DNA of 63,967 bases, filler included, from Chiloscyllium plagiosum (taxonomy: Eukaryota), in the NCBI RefSeq assembly GCF_004010195.1. It is 6 parts of one record of this genome, joined end to end, with 100 filler letters (N's around TTAATTAATTAA, not from the genome) between each part and the next. Parts side by side here need not be neighbours in the genome. Positions count along the whole stretch, not along the records: positions 1 to 10,736 come from NC_057717.1; positions 10,837 to 36,974 come from NC_057717.1; 4 more parts are not named here. One strand, 5' to 3'. Numbering within the stretch: position 1 is the first letter of the stretch; the number at the start of each line of letters is the position of its first letter. The notes beneath the pieces were generated by a model. It saw nothing but the letters and a program-made list of their open reading frames with translations, had not been told where the DNA came from and ran no database searches. The position numbers and the translations under genes are program-made. Positions 1 to 12,959 of this stretch are shown in pieces.

Positions 1-204
1 CTATGGTCAATATTTACGCTGTATTCTGTTTGGGTCCGGATTCAGGACATTGTGAATACCTCTGTATATCTCCATCACTATGTGCGTGAATTGGGCTTCA
101 TGCTGCATCTCCTCAGTTGCTGCACAAACACCGTGATTTATGCAGTGACACAGAATAAGTTCAGACAGCTTCTGAAGAATGTGCTGAAATATCCATTTAT
201 CTAA
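1..204 (+). CDS. C-terminal part (TM6-TM7, helix 8) of a GPR139/GPR142-like class A GPCR; 5' part lies outside the window
   Basis: Frame +1 (absent from the ORF track, no start codon in window) reads LWSIFTLYSVWVRIQDIVNTSVYLHHYVRELGFMLHLLSCCTNTVIYAVTQNKFRQLLKNVLKYPFI*. The SCCTNTxIY..TQxKFR..LK..LKYPF pattern is typical of GPR139-like receptors expanded in cartilaginous fish. The TAA at 202-204 may be slightly premature. Confidence 0.8.
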   Translation, partial: LWSIFTLYSVWVRIQDIVNTSVYLHHYVRELGFMLHLLSCCTNTVIYAVTQNKFRQLLKNVLKYPFI

Positions 205-1169
205 ATCCATCAAATTCAGTCATTAATCAGTCCATTCAGGATTTCCTCATATCAGTTCAGAGGTTCAGAGATGAAGCAGTCTGTCTCGATATTAACAGTC
301 TGAGGGTAGCTCTCGTCTGTCCAACATTACCCATCGTAGGGTTGCAGGGACACATTAGAATGTTTCTTACAATGTCGGGGCCAATGAGCAACGGCAACAT
401 CTATACTCCATAACTTCAATTTGTAAAAAACAAAACTGTTCATTAAAAAGAGCCAAGCAGTAGAATGAATGGGCATTGTTTATTGCTTTTTCTTTAAAGA
501 AGCTGGGCTGGAGAGAGACAGACTCAGCCCCAATCCTGGATCACAGGAAGGGGAGGCAATGGGTCTGAACTCAGCAGTTGGGTTTAAGTCACTCTGTCCT
601 TGCTTTCATCTCTGCGTCCCCCCACTCTGACCTGGCATTCTGCACAATTCATCTCTCTGTCTTTTCCCTCTCCATCCATATCTCCCTCCCATGGTCACAC
701 TGTTCCTCTGTTTCTCTCACTCCGTCTTACATTTAGTCTATTTCACTGTCCACCCATTCCCCACTCTCCTGTGCTCTCTGCGTTCTGCACTCGTTACCCC
801 CCAATCTGCCTCTTTCCAATTCTCCATTCCTCGAATCCGCTCTTTGCATTTCTTGCTGGGGGAACAGAAGAGAGGTGAAGATATTCAGGCCGATGCTGAG
901 GGAGCAAACATGATTGTGGCGTGCCAGCCGATTGATCACTTAACAGCCTGGGGCTTGGGAAAAACATCTTTGGTCAGCGAATGTAAGAGCATTAGTCGTA
1001 ACAAGGAGGTAATAATGGGGGAGGCACCATCGGCTTTTGCAGGGGATAAAAGATGGGAGTTGGACAACAGGCTTCTTTACATGGAAGAGACTGTGTGGAA
1101 CCCATTGTTGATGCTCATTGATCTGAGTGAGAATGTGATCAAAGGCCAGTTCGAGAGAATGAACTAGTG

Positions 1170-3396
1170 AGGCGTACATGACCAATGCTTAGGGTAGGGC
1201 GTAGGCGGGTGAGTAAGCGCAATGGTGAGGGACAAACCGGGCGGATGAGCGTGACGGTGTGGACTGTGCAGTAGAGTAGGTGTGACGGTGCTGGAGTGTA
1301 CGAGGAGTGAGCATGACGGGAGGAAACTGCGGGGTGATTGAATAGGACCGTCAGGTAGTGTGCGGGAGACTGAGTACGATGGTGGCGAAGTATTCAGGGG
1401 GAGTGAACATGATAGTGTGGGCGTTTGCGGGGGAGACAGCTGATGCGGCATGAGTGTGTACGGAGGGAGAGTGATGGTGGAGAGTGTGCGGGGGAGTGAG
1501 TCTGACGATGATGGCGCATGATGGCGGGGAAATGGGCGGAGGAGTGAGGGCTATGGTGTTGGCGTGGGAAGGGTAGAGCGTGTCACGGTGGAGTAGAGTG
1601 TAGGGGAAGTAAACGTGATGATGAGGGAGTGTGTGAGGGAGTGAGTGCAACAGTGAGGACGGGTGCAGGGGAGTAAGCGTGATGGTGGGGAGTGTGCAGT
1701 TGGGTAGGCATTATGGTAATGAAGTGTACGAGGATTGAGCATAATGTTGGGGAACTGCGCAGGGGAGTGAGCATGGTAATGTGGGCATGTGGGGGGGAGA
1801 GAGAGCATAATGTTGAGGGGAGAGTATGAGGGAGGCAGTACATTGGTCGGTCAGTGCGGGGGGGTGAGCGAGACGGTGACAGAGCTTGCGGGGGAGTCAG
1901 CTTGTCTGTGGGGAAGTGTCCAGGAGTTTCAACATGACGGTTTGGGCGTGTGCGGGGAAGAGAGGGTGACATTGAAGACTATTCCCAATTGCTTCTGTCC
2001 TCGATGGAGAACATGGGTCTGTCTTCTCGGAGGGGGAAGATGCCTCCTTGAGACGTCGCACAAAATATTTGGCTTATTTCCTCACTGCCAGGAAACTATG
2101 TTAAAATGGCACACGTTCCACATGCAATGGGGCTACGACGAACATCATGGAGCCGTGGAGGGAGTGAGTGTGATGGTGGGGGAGTGTGCAGTGAAGTGAC
2201 AATAATGGTGCAGTAATATGCAGTGGAGTGAGTGTGACAGTGATGGTGTTTCTCGGGAATGATTGTGATGGCATCAAGTTTTCTGGGGAGATGGTATGAC
2301 AGTGGGAGAGAGTGCTGAGGAATGGGTGCGATAGCAGGTCTGTGCGTGGAAGAGTGAGCGGGACAGTAGGAAGGAATGCAGGGGAATGTGTGTGACGGTA
2401 GGACAGTGTGCGGGGTATTGAACATTACAGCGTGGCGTGTGTAGGGAAGTGAGCATGACGGTGGGGGCATATCCTTGATTGTGAGTGTCGTTTTGGAAGC
2501 GTGTGCAGGGGAATAAATGTGACCATGGCGAATTGTGTGGGGAGTGAATGTGACTGTGGGGAGCATTCAGGGGAGTGTGCCTGATTGTGGAGCATGTGGG
2601 AGTGAATGAGCGTGATGGTGGGCATTTGTGTGGGGAGTAGATTTGTTGGTGAGGCAGTGTGTGGTGGAGCGAGCATGACAGTGGGGGAGTGTATGGGGGA
2701 GGGAACATGATGGTGGAGGGATTTGGGGATGTGAGTGAGATGGTGGGCAAACATGTGGGGAGTAATTGCAATGGTAGTGGCGGCGAGTTTGACAGTATGG
2801 GAGTTTGCGGGGGAGTACGCATGTCGATGTGGGTGTGCAGGTGGAGTGAAAGTGACGTTGGCATTTGTGCATATGAGCGAGATTTTCCATGAGGGAGAGA
2901 GTAGCAGAGTAAGTGTGACAGTGGTGGAGTGTATGGGTGCATGCATGACATTGGCGGAGAGTGCGAGGGAGTGAGCGTAATAGTGGGGCAATATGTGAGG
3001 GAGTGAACATGATGGTCAGGGAGTGTATGGGTGAGTGAGTGTGATGGTGGGTGCGTGTGCAGAGGAGTGAGAGTGATGGTGGAGAAGTGTGCGGGAGGAG
3101 AACATTACAGTGAGGGAGAGGAAAGAGGAATGAACGTGATAGTTTTGGGAATGTGCAGGGAAGAGATGGTGACGGTGGGGGAGAGTACGTGAGAGTGAGT
3201 GAACAGTGCAGGAGTGTGTAGGAGAGTGTGAAAGTGGGGGGGTGTGCAAGGCAGTGAAGGTGATTCTGGGTGATTGTGAGTGTGACAGTGGGCAAATGTG
3301 TGGGGTGGTGAATGAGAGTGTGCAGTAATATTTTGGAGTGAGTGTGATTTTGGAGTGATTGCAGAAGAGTGAGTGACCATGAGACAGAGCGCAGCG
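1170..3396 (-). repeat. Degenerate ~32-bp minisatellite, G/T-rich on + strand (type B in reverse orientation)
   Basis: Recurring ggggagtgagtgtgatggtggggagtgtgca-like units; reverse complement of the 8750-10736 array. The His/Thr/Pro/Ser-rich ORFs here are compositional artefacts. Confidence 0.9.
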
Positions 3397-3896
3397 NNNN
3401 NNNNNNNNNNNNNNNNNNNNNNNNNNNNNNNNNNNNNNNNNNNNNNNNNNNNNNNNNNNNNNNNNNNNNNNNNNNNNNNNNNNNNNNNNNNNNNNNNNNN
3501 NNNNNNNNNNNNNNNNNNNNNNNNNNNNNNNNNNNNNNNNNNNNNNNNNNNNNNNNNNNNNNNNNNNNNNNNNNNNNNNNNNNNNNNNNNNNNNNNNNNN
3601 NNNNNNNNNNNNNNNNNNNNNNNNNNNNNNNNNNNNNNNNNNNNNNNNNNNNNNNNNNNNNNNNNNNNNNNNNNNNNNNNNNNNNNNNNNNNNNNNNNNN
3701 NNNNNNNNNNNNNNNNNNNNNNNNNNNNNNNNNNNNNNNNNNNNNNNNNNNNNNNNNNNNNNNNNNNNNNNNNNNNNNNNNNNNNNNNNNNNNNNNNNNN
3801 NNNNNNNNNNNNNNNNNNNNNNNNNNNNNNNNNNNNNNNNNNNNNNNNNNNNNNNNNNNNNNNNNNNNNNNNNNNNNNNNNNNNNNNNNNNNNNNN

Positions 3897-6800
3897 TCAT
3901 GAATTCACACTCACTCCATCACACTGAAAGCCCTTACATTCACTCCGCTCTTATCACCCTGACCCTCTAACGCACATTTTGTCACCATCACACTGAAGCC
4001 CTCACTCTCATTCCATCAGTGTCATACTGACGCCCTCAATCTCACTTCATCACAGTAACGCTGACACCCTCAAACTGTCTCCATCACTGTCACACTAACA
4101 GCTTACACGCATACTCCATCACTGACACACTGATCCCCTTACACTCACTCTGTCACTGTCACACTAACACCCTCACACTCAATTTCTCATCCTCATTCTG
4201 ACACCCTCACACTCACTTCTACAGCAACAGCCTGACACCCGTACACTCACTCCATCACCGACACCCTAACCCCCTTACACTCAATCAGTTACCATCACCG
4301 TGAACGCCCATCTCTCATCGGTCACCTTCAGACTTACTCTGTTACTGTCACGCTCACTTGCTGACTCTCAATCTGTCCCCGTCACCCTGACCCCATTAGA
4401 CTCCCGCAATCACAGTCATCTTGGACCTATCACACTCACTCCATCACCAACAATTTGAATCGCTCACTCTCAAGCGATCATTCTGACACCTCTCACTCAC
4501 TCCATCACACTGACCATCTTTATTAACACCCCGTCACTGTCACACAGGCCCCCTCACACTCACAGTCACTGTCAGTCTGAACCCCACAAACACACGCAGT
4601 CACAGGCAAAATGACCCCCTCACAAACACTCGTTCACTGTCACTGTGTCCCCATCACACTCATTCCCTCACTGTCACACCCTGACCCCTCACACTAACAC
4701 AATGTTCACCACACTATACCTCCACACTCACTCAGTCACTGTCACCCTCAACTCCCTGACACTCACCTTGTGAAGTCACATTAACACCATTAGATTCAGT
4801 CCACCGTTGTCACCCTGACCATCTCAGACTCACTCTGTCACCATCACCCTGATCCATATACGCTCAATTTGTCACCATCATACTGACCTCATCACACTCA
4901 GTCCATCACTGCCACCCTGACATCCTCAGTCTCACTCCGTCACTGTCACCCTGAACCCCTCAATCTCACTCTATCACAGTAAGAATAGCATCCTTAAACT
5001 CTCTCCATCACTGTTACCCTGAAACGGTCTCACTCACTCCATAATCGTCACTGTCACATTTCCTTCCTCACACCTACTCCATCACCGTCACCCTGACACC
5101 CCCACACTCAACTGGGTCACCGTTACCCTGACCCCCTCGCACTCACTTTGTCACAGGTAACCTTGACACACTTACTCCCAATTAGTCACCGTTACCCTGA
5201 ACTGCTCACACTCCCTCCATCACTGTCACCCTGATCCCCCTCCACACTACTCCGTTACTGTAATCCTGACCATTTACACTGATTCTGTCGCTGTCACAGT
5301 GACTACCTCACAGTCACTAGCTCACAATCACACTGACCCACCTCACACACACTCCATCGCCCTCACCCTGACGTGATCGCATATACTCCATCACTTCTAC
5401 CCTGGCTCCCTCACACTTCGTCAGTCACCTTGACGCCTTCACTGGCACCCTGTCCCCCCGCTGATCACTTCATCACCCCTAACCTGCCCACCGTCATACT
5501 CACACAATCACCCTAACCCGCTCACACTCTTTTCCTCGCCGTCACCCTGACCCCCTCAGAATAACCCTGAATCCCTCACACTCATTCCATCTTTATCAAC
5601 CTGACCTTATCAGACACCCTCCCTCACCATCTCGGTGAACCCATCACACTCACTCTGGAACTACCACCCTGACCCTCACACTCACTGTGTCAATGTCACC
5701 CTGGCTACTCACACAATCTCACTCAATCTCTGTAACTCTGACCACTTCACACTTACTTCACCAAAGTCACCCTGAACCTCACATACTCATTCCATCACTG
5801 TCAACCAGTCCACCTCACGCTCACTCCATCATCGTCACCCTAACGCCCTCACACTCACTCTGGAACTATCACCCTGCCCCGTCACACTCACTTCATCAAT
5901 GTCACCCTGGCAACCTCACACTCACTCTGTCACTGTCACTCAGACCCATTCACAGGCACTTAGTCATTGTCATCCTGACCCACCCCCGCTCACTCTGGAA
6001 CTATTACCCTGACCCGTCAGACTCACTCCGTTGACGTCACCCTGGCCATATCACACTTACTCCATCTTTGTCATCCTTGCCACTTCACATTCACTGCATC
6101 AACCCGATTTCCTCATAACCACTCCGTCTTCATTACTGGGATCCCCTCACACTCACTCCATCACTGTCAGCCTAACCTTCTTCCCCTCACACACACTCGG
6201 TCAGTGTCACCAAGACCCTCTCACACTCACTGCATCACTGTCACCATAACGCCTTCATTCTACTCCATCACCTTCACCATGTCCGCCACACACCTACTCC
6301 ATCACAGTCAGACTACCTCCTCACACTTACTGTGTCACTGACACACTGACTCCCTCACACTCACTCCATCTTTGTCTCCCTGACTCACCAAAATTCACTC
6401 TTTCACCATCACCCTGCAACCCTGATATTACTTTGCCACCCTGATATTCTGACACTCACTCCATAACCGTCACCATCAAACATCACATTCTCTCTGTCAC
6501 CCTGACCCCCTCACACTCTGTCATCCTGACCGCCTCCTACTTTCTCGACTGTTGTCAGTCTGGCCCTCTCACACTTACTCTGTCAACATCACCCTGACCC
6601 CCTCATACACATTCTGTCACTATACCCTTACCCACCTCATTCTCATTCCACGGCCCTCACCCTGATCTGATCACATTCACATCATCACTGCAACCCTGAC
6701 CCCTCACACTCACTCCGTTGCCTTGACCTACTAACTATCACTCCACCCCCGTCATACTTACCGACGTACACTCAGTATTTCACTGGTCCACACACACACA

Positions 6801-8750
6801 CTGACTCCCTCTCTGTCACTGTCACCCTGACCCAATCACACTGAGTCAGTTACGGCACAAATTTCTCCTTGCACTCACTCCATCACTGTAACCTGAGCCA
6901 CTCACACTCACTCCATTACTCTCATACTGACCCCTTCGTTCTCACACCATCACTGTCACCCTGACCCTCTTACACTCACTCTGTAACCATCACCCCAAAT
7001 CCCTCACACTCAGTCCATCACGGTTATCTTGAACCCTTCAGTCTCAGTCCATCACAATAACGTTGGCATCCTCAATCTTTCTCCATCACCATCACACTGA
7101 CCACCTCACACTCACTCCATCACCATTGCCCTGACGCCATCACATTCACTCCATCACCATGACGCTGAAGCCCTCAGTCTCACTCCGTTACCATTACCCT
7201 GAACACCTCTCTCTCACTCTGTCACCGTCATCTGAACTGATCACACTTACTCAGTCACTTTCACCATCACTCGCTGGCTCTCACTCTGTCTCCATCACTC
7301 TGCCCCCATCAGACGTGCACACATTCTGTAACTTCAACCTGACCGCCTCACATGCACTCCATCACTTTCATCCTGACCTCCTTACACTCAGTCTGTCTCA
7401 CTCACCCTGCCCCCATCAGGCTCTCTCCGTCACCCTGACCCCTAACACTCACTCCATCCCACTCACCCTGACCCCTTCACACTCCATCTCTCACTGTCAC
7501 CCGACTACTTCACACTCACTGCATCACTGTAAGCTTGACCACTTCACACTCACTTCGTCACCATCGCCCTGATCCAACACATTCACTCTGTCACACAAAC
7601 CCAATCATACCTAGTCTGCCCCGACATCCTGGACCCTTCCCACACACACCCTCAAAGTCATCCTGACCACGTAAGTCTCACGCTGTCACCCTGGCCACCT
7701 CACGCTCGCACCATCACTGTCACCATGAACCCCTCAAACTCACTCAGTTATAGAACTCTGACCCACTCACACTCACTCCATACCATCAACCAGACCCCTT
7801 CACACTCACTCCGTCACTGCTACCCTAATTTCCATACTCTCACTCCATCACAGTAACCGTGACCCCCTCACACTCTGTCAATTACTTCCTGACCACCTCA
7901 CACTCACTGTAACACTGACCTCCTCACACACATTCCGTCACCATCACTATGAACCCCACACACGCACTCCATCCCAGTCACCCTGACCGCCTCTCACACA
8001 CTCCATCCCACTCACCCTGACCCCTTCACACTCCATCCCTCACTGTCACGCCGACTACATCACACTCACTCCATCACCATCACCCAGACAACTTCACACT
8101 CACTCCGTCACTGTCGCCCTGACCCCTCAAACCCAATCCCTCATTGTCAACCAGACCACCTCACACACACTTCGTCATCATCACTGTGAACACCACACAC
8201 TTACTCTGTCACTGCTACCCTAATATCCATACACTCACTCCATCACAGTAACTGTGACCCCCTCACAATCTGACAATTTCTTCCTGACCACCTCACACTC
8301 ACTCCATCACTGTAACCCTGACATTCTCACGCACATTCCTTCACCATCACTGTGAACCCCAAACACTCTCCCCATTGAATTCCCCTGACTGCCTCACATA
8401 CACTCCATCTCCGTCACCCTGACCCCTCACACTCACTCCGTCACTGTCACCTTTACCCCCCTCACACTTACACCCTCACTGAAACTCTGATCCCCGGACA
8501 CTTATTCCATCACGGTCAACCTTGTCCCCTCACAGTCACTCTGTCACGGTCTTCCTGACCACCTCACATTCACTCCATCACTGTCACCCTGACCTCGTTT
8601 TCTCACTCAGCGAAGGTAGCTCTGAACCTCTCAGACTCATTACATCACTGTTACCTTGACCCCCTCACACTCATTCCGTCACAGTCACGCTTACATTCGC
8701 GCTCACTTCATTGCACTGTATCACTCACAACCACCCTCGCGTCCCTGCAC
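3897..8750 (+). repeat. Degenerate ~32-bp minisatellite, type A (cacactcactccatcactgtcaccctgacccct-like)
   Basis: Unit recurs throughout, with internal higher-order duplications (e.g. ~7448-7530 vs ~7998-8080; ~7813-7960 vs ~8208-8360). Confidence 0.9.
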
Positions 8751-10736
8751 CATCACACTCAGTTCCTCACTCAATCCCCCACTATAACACACACTACTGT
8801 GATCCCTCACCAGTATCCCACATGACCTCCTAACGTCATGCTCAATCTCACGCTTCATCTACCAATGTGCCGATAACTCCCGTGCATATACACTACTGAT
8901 AAACTCACTAACCCGCACACTTCCCCACCCTCACGCTCGCTTCCCTGCACTTTTGCTTAGCACCGACGTCATCCCCTTACGCTCTCCGACATTCTCACTC
9001 ACTCCCCTGCACACTGCTCCACCATAACACTCACTCTCCTGTACATGCACACAGTCGCAGTCACTCCCTGAACAATCCCTCACCGTCAAGATCACTTCCC
9101 TGCGTGCTCCCCAACCTTTTCTCTCACTCATGCAAGTGGTCTCTCGCCATCATGCACTCTTTCCGGCACATACCCCAACCATCCCGTTCACTCCCCTGTA
9201 CACTCCCCTTTCGTTATGCTCACTTCCCTGCACACGCATCCACCGTTATGCTCATACCTTTCCACTTTCGTCCACCATCACTCTCACTTCACCACACACT
9301 CCTCAACACAAAGCTCACTCCATTACACAGTCCGCCACCATCACCATCACTCCGCTGCACACTCCCCGAGCATCTGCCTCACTCACCCCAACATCAAGCT
9401 AACTTCCCCACAATCTCTTCCACCTCACTTCCACTATCAAACTCACTCCCCGCACTCTCCACACTGTTACACTTACTACCCTGCACACTGACCCACCGTC
9501 ATGCTCATTCCCCCACACTATCTCACTCCCACACAATGAATTTCACTCTCACATACACTGCCCCAGTGTCACACTCAGTTTACACCACAACCACCCACCG
9601 TCACAGTCACACCCGATCCACCTTTTCACCATTACACAAACTCCCCCACGTCCTCTCCTACCATCACACTCCGTCCTCACACAAAACACTTCCTTTGCAA
9701 TCACTGCCCGGCATACTCCCCTCCCGTTAGACTCACACAATTACACTCTCTCGCACCATCACACTGACTCCTGCAAACATCCACCCTCATACATTCTTGC
9801 CTGCACACTCCCCCACCATCATGCCCAAACCCCCGCACGCTCACCCACCATCACACTCAGTCACCCACACGGTCCACTACCGTCCATCTCACTCCCGCTC
9901 TTGATCTCCAGCTGTCCCACTCACTCATCCACACACTTCACCACAGTCCCTCTCACTCCCCCCACATACACCACAATGTCATGCTCAAGCCCCCGCAAGA
10001 TATCTCACTGTTATTTTCATACTCTTCGCACACTGCTCCAGTGTTGCGTTCATTCCACCGCGCACAAGCCACCGTCACGCTCACGTCTCCGGGCACACGA
10101 GCGTTATCATGCTCAACCCCATCAGACACGATCCAGTCACTCTCACCTCCCTGCACACACCGCTACCATCACACCTACTGGTCTGCATGCTCCCCCACCA
10201 TCACACACTACCCACTACACACACACACACACCCACTATCACAATCAGTGCCCCAGATACTTCCCCACGGTCATGCTCAATCCACAATCAGACTCACTCC
10301 CCTGCACACTGCCCCTCGTTACGCTCACTCCCCTCCCCTACAGAACGTTCATTACCATGTACACTCCCCCACCATCACACGCACTGCTCTGCACACTGTT
10401 CTGCATTATGGTCATTCCTCCACCACTCCACCACCATCACACTCACTATCCCGCACTCTCCACCACGGTCACACTCACTCAGCTGCACACTTCAGCATCA
10501 TCACACTCACGCCCCCACACACTTCTACGACGTCACTCTCACTGCCTTTGCACACTCTCCCACCGTCTCTACCTCAAACATTCTCGCAACTTCATGCTCA
10601 CTCCTTACACACTTCCCACCCTGACGCTGACTCCCTGACACACTCCTCCACCGTCAAGCCAACTTCCCGCACGCTCCCTACCCCGCCCACACCAACACTG
10701 TCAGAATCAATCCCTCACACAATCCCCCACTATCAT
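8750..10736 (+). repeat. Degenerate minisatellite, type B (cacactcccccaccatcacactcactcccctg-like)
   Basis: The unit shifts from the ...caccctgacc form to the ...ctcccctgcacac form; array ends at an N gap. Confidence 0.85.
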
Positions 10737-10836
10737 NNNNNNNNNNNNNNNNNNNNNNNNNNNNNNNNNNNNNNNNNNNNTTAATTAATTAANNNNNNNN
10801 NNNNNNNNNNNNNNNNNNNNNNNNNNNNNNNNNNNN
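10737..10836. other. Artificial contig-joining spacer N44-TTAATTAATTAA-N44 (12-mer also at 37019, 44611, 50822, 58201)
   Basis: Identical 12-mer with stop codons in all six frames, embedded in 100-nt N runs five times. Confidence 0.95.
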
Positions 10837-10990
10837 TTCCTGTGTTCCAGGTTCGAGAAGTGAAACGGATTCCTGAATTTGATGTATAATTGTTTTCCAT
10901 TGCTGAGTCCTAAAACAAGACCATTGTCATTCTTGCAAACATTAAGAGGTATTTGATCAACCTGCTCACCCCTCCCTCCTAGGTTAACGT

Positions 10991-11065
10991 GACGCTGTGG
11001 CTTAGTTTATTGAAGTTCCTCCTTAATAAATAGGTAGATCTGGGGTTAAGAACCTAGCAGCGTCT
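10991..11065 (+). pseudogene. Decayed tRNA-Thr (AGT-type), copy 1
   Basis: gacgctgtggcttagtttattgaagttcct...aggtagatctggggttaagaacctagcagcgtct aligns by eye to vertebrate tRNA-Thr GGCGCCGTGGCTTAGTTGGTTAAAGCGCCTGTCTAGTAAACAGGAGATCCTGGGTTCGAATCCCAGCGGTGCCT. Acceptor stem GACGCTG/CAGCGTC still pairs; B box and anticodon are mutated. Confidence 0.7.
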
Positions 11066-11179
11066 GCACCTCACATGTGCTATTCCTTGTTAAACCTCTC
11101 TCAAATACCATGTTGCTGTTCCATCAGGTTGTTGATCCAACTTCATGGTGCAGAAGGAGACGGTTACTTGTTGAACGTG

Positions 11180-11581
11180 TGTCGTGGAAATTACTCAAAT
11201 GCTAGCAAGAGGAATGCAAAAGCTTTACTGTAACCTCTGCAGGGGGCCCAATACACTTTGCAAGATGCTGCATGTAAGGGGAAGAACAACTTGCACATAT
11301 TATTTTTATACTACATTTCACTTATTCTTCTCACACGCTCAAGGACAAAAAGTGGGAACATTCGGCTGTTGGTATGGTTGCGTAGGTTTCCCTGACTCCT
11401 GTTGAATCTGACTGCTTTCCAAGATTTGCAAGGCGAAGTTGTCTGCTTGCAGAATCGAACAATGTCAGGCTGTCTACTTAAAATTTTAGCAAAGTGTTAG
11501 TTTTATCGAAATATTAGATTTAGCAAAGTATTTTCTTTCAGATTTCACAGCAAATGTTAATTTGGCTAATTTTCCATTACA
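11180..11581 (-). repeat. ERV 3' LTR, copy 1 (~400 bp)
   Basis: TG...CA ends with imperfect inverted repeats (TGTCGTGGAAA / TTTCCATTACA); minus-strand TATAAAA at ~11304-11310; adjacent PPT; homologous to 18657-19068 and 26773-27157. Confidence 0.88.
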
Positions 11582-11594
11582 TCTCCCCCCTTTT
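11582..11594 (-). promoter_or_regulatory. Polypurine tract (PPT), copy 1
   Basis: Minus strand AAAAGGGGGGAGA directly before the LTR start TGTAATGG. Confidence 0.9.
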
Positions 11595-11770
11595 GGTATT
11601 TTACAGCAATGACAAAAACAACAACAAAAAAAAAACTATACAAAGCTAGATAACTATACATCAAAATTGCTTTGGTAGCACCAAGCTTTTCCTTAGACAC
11701 CATCTAACTTTTACACAGCTATGTGTTAGTATCATCACTTGCCCTTGTGTGCTCTGCACACAGCCCATTT

Positions 11771-12927
11771 TCACACGTCATTCTCGTCAATGTCACGGTA
11801 TGGTGTGGTCCTCGCAATCGGATCCTCCTGTTGCGAGGCCACTGAATGTTTTACCATTTGGAATCCCACTGCACTCATAGGCAAACGGCATAGCCAGGTA
11901 CACAAGCAGGGTCCTAGACAAAGTATTATGAGTATCGCCAGTCCTACAAGTAGTAGAATGTGTATGATTCAATATCCCCAATCCTCCCCAAAGGGAGGGT
12001 AGCCATTTGTGCAAATACACGTTTCTCCACTGCCTTTCACTATATGGAAGGCTGTGGACGGAAGCGAGCCAGCCTTGGGACTGCAGTTGGCCTTGAGTTC
12101 GGGGGGTGGCGCGAGGTTTGCCATAATTTCTCCCTTTATCAGGGGCAGGGTAGTCACCGCCACGGAAGCACAAACCTCGCATTTCTCGCCAGGCTCTCTG
12201 TAATTCGTTCAGCAGTCACCGTTGGGCAGTGTAGCCAGCAATGGCTGGCGTGTTTCAAAGTAACCAACGTCTAATTTCCTGTGTTGTATTAGGGCCAAAG
12301 CATATGCTCTGTTCCCTTCCAATCGAGCAATGTTCCTTCGCATCTCCGAACCTATTGGCGTCGCATTTACGCCATCAACCTCCTGCAGGGCCAATTCCAC
12401 TACCAAGTTAGCGGACGACTCCCTCCGGTTAGGGCGTGATATTAATGCCCTCTGCCCTGCTTAAGGTTAGGTCCATGATTTGGTTTGTGTAGTTGCCATG
12501 CCCCGGTGCTACTATCTTCTGGAGGACCTACTGCACTGCATCTCGGGGCGGCGGTGTGGGGAGTGACTAAGCCACTATATCCACCTGCCTATCGATGTCA
12601 GAGAAGGTTCCATCCATTTCACCAGACTCCCTCATCGCTCTTCTGAGTCTTGGATATTATCACCCGTGCCGAGGCACTCCTACCTAGTTCTCGGTCAGGT
12701 GTCCCTGTAGCCGTGGTAGCTATTTCTAATTGCCAGTCACTGGAGCCATCAGAATCCCTGCATAAATATTTACTATCCACATTATTGTCATACTGGTTTG
12801 TAAACGGCCATGGGTCGAATGTGAAAGTTCTTCTTGCACCTTCAGTTAAGATTACCATCTGCGTCTTTATCCCTGACGCCAGTCGTACAAGGGCGCTTGC
12901 AAAGAGTGCGAATTGGGCCATCCCCAT
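11771..12927 (-). pseudogene. env: env-like gene remnant, copy 1 (signal peptide, SU-like region, membrane anchor)
   Basis: Lies between IN and PPT. Hydrophobic N-terminus MGMAQFALFASALVRLASG, then a CxxC motif, then the anchor IIHILLLVGLAILIILCLGPCLC and a short tail; stops and frameshifts present. Confidence 0.7.
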
Positions 12928-12959
12928 AAGCGTACGAGGTTTCTAATTACTACTTGAAC

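Noticed and set aside
7..213. 68-aa minus-strand ORF
   Set aside because: Antisense shadow of the GPCR exon on the + strand.
691..1167. 158-aa ORF
   Set aside because: Starts in pyrimidine-rich low-complexity sequence and has no recognisable motif.
3897..8750. CRISPR-like regular ~32-bp periodicity
   Set aside because: Contiguous degenerate units without unique spacers or cas genes, in a vertebrate context.
1164..10784. Many long His/Thr/Pro/Ser-rich ORFs (up to 267 aa)
   Set aside because: They are translations of the CA-rich minisatellite, which is depleted in stop codons; they overlap in several frames and show no domain signal.
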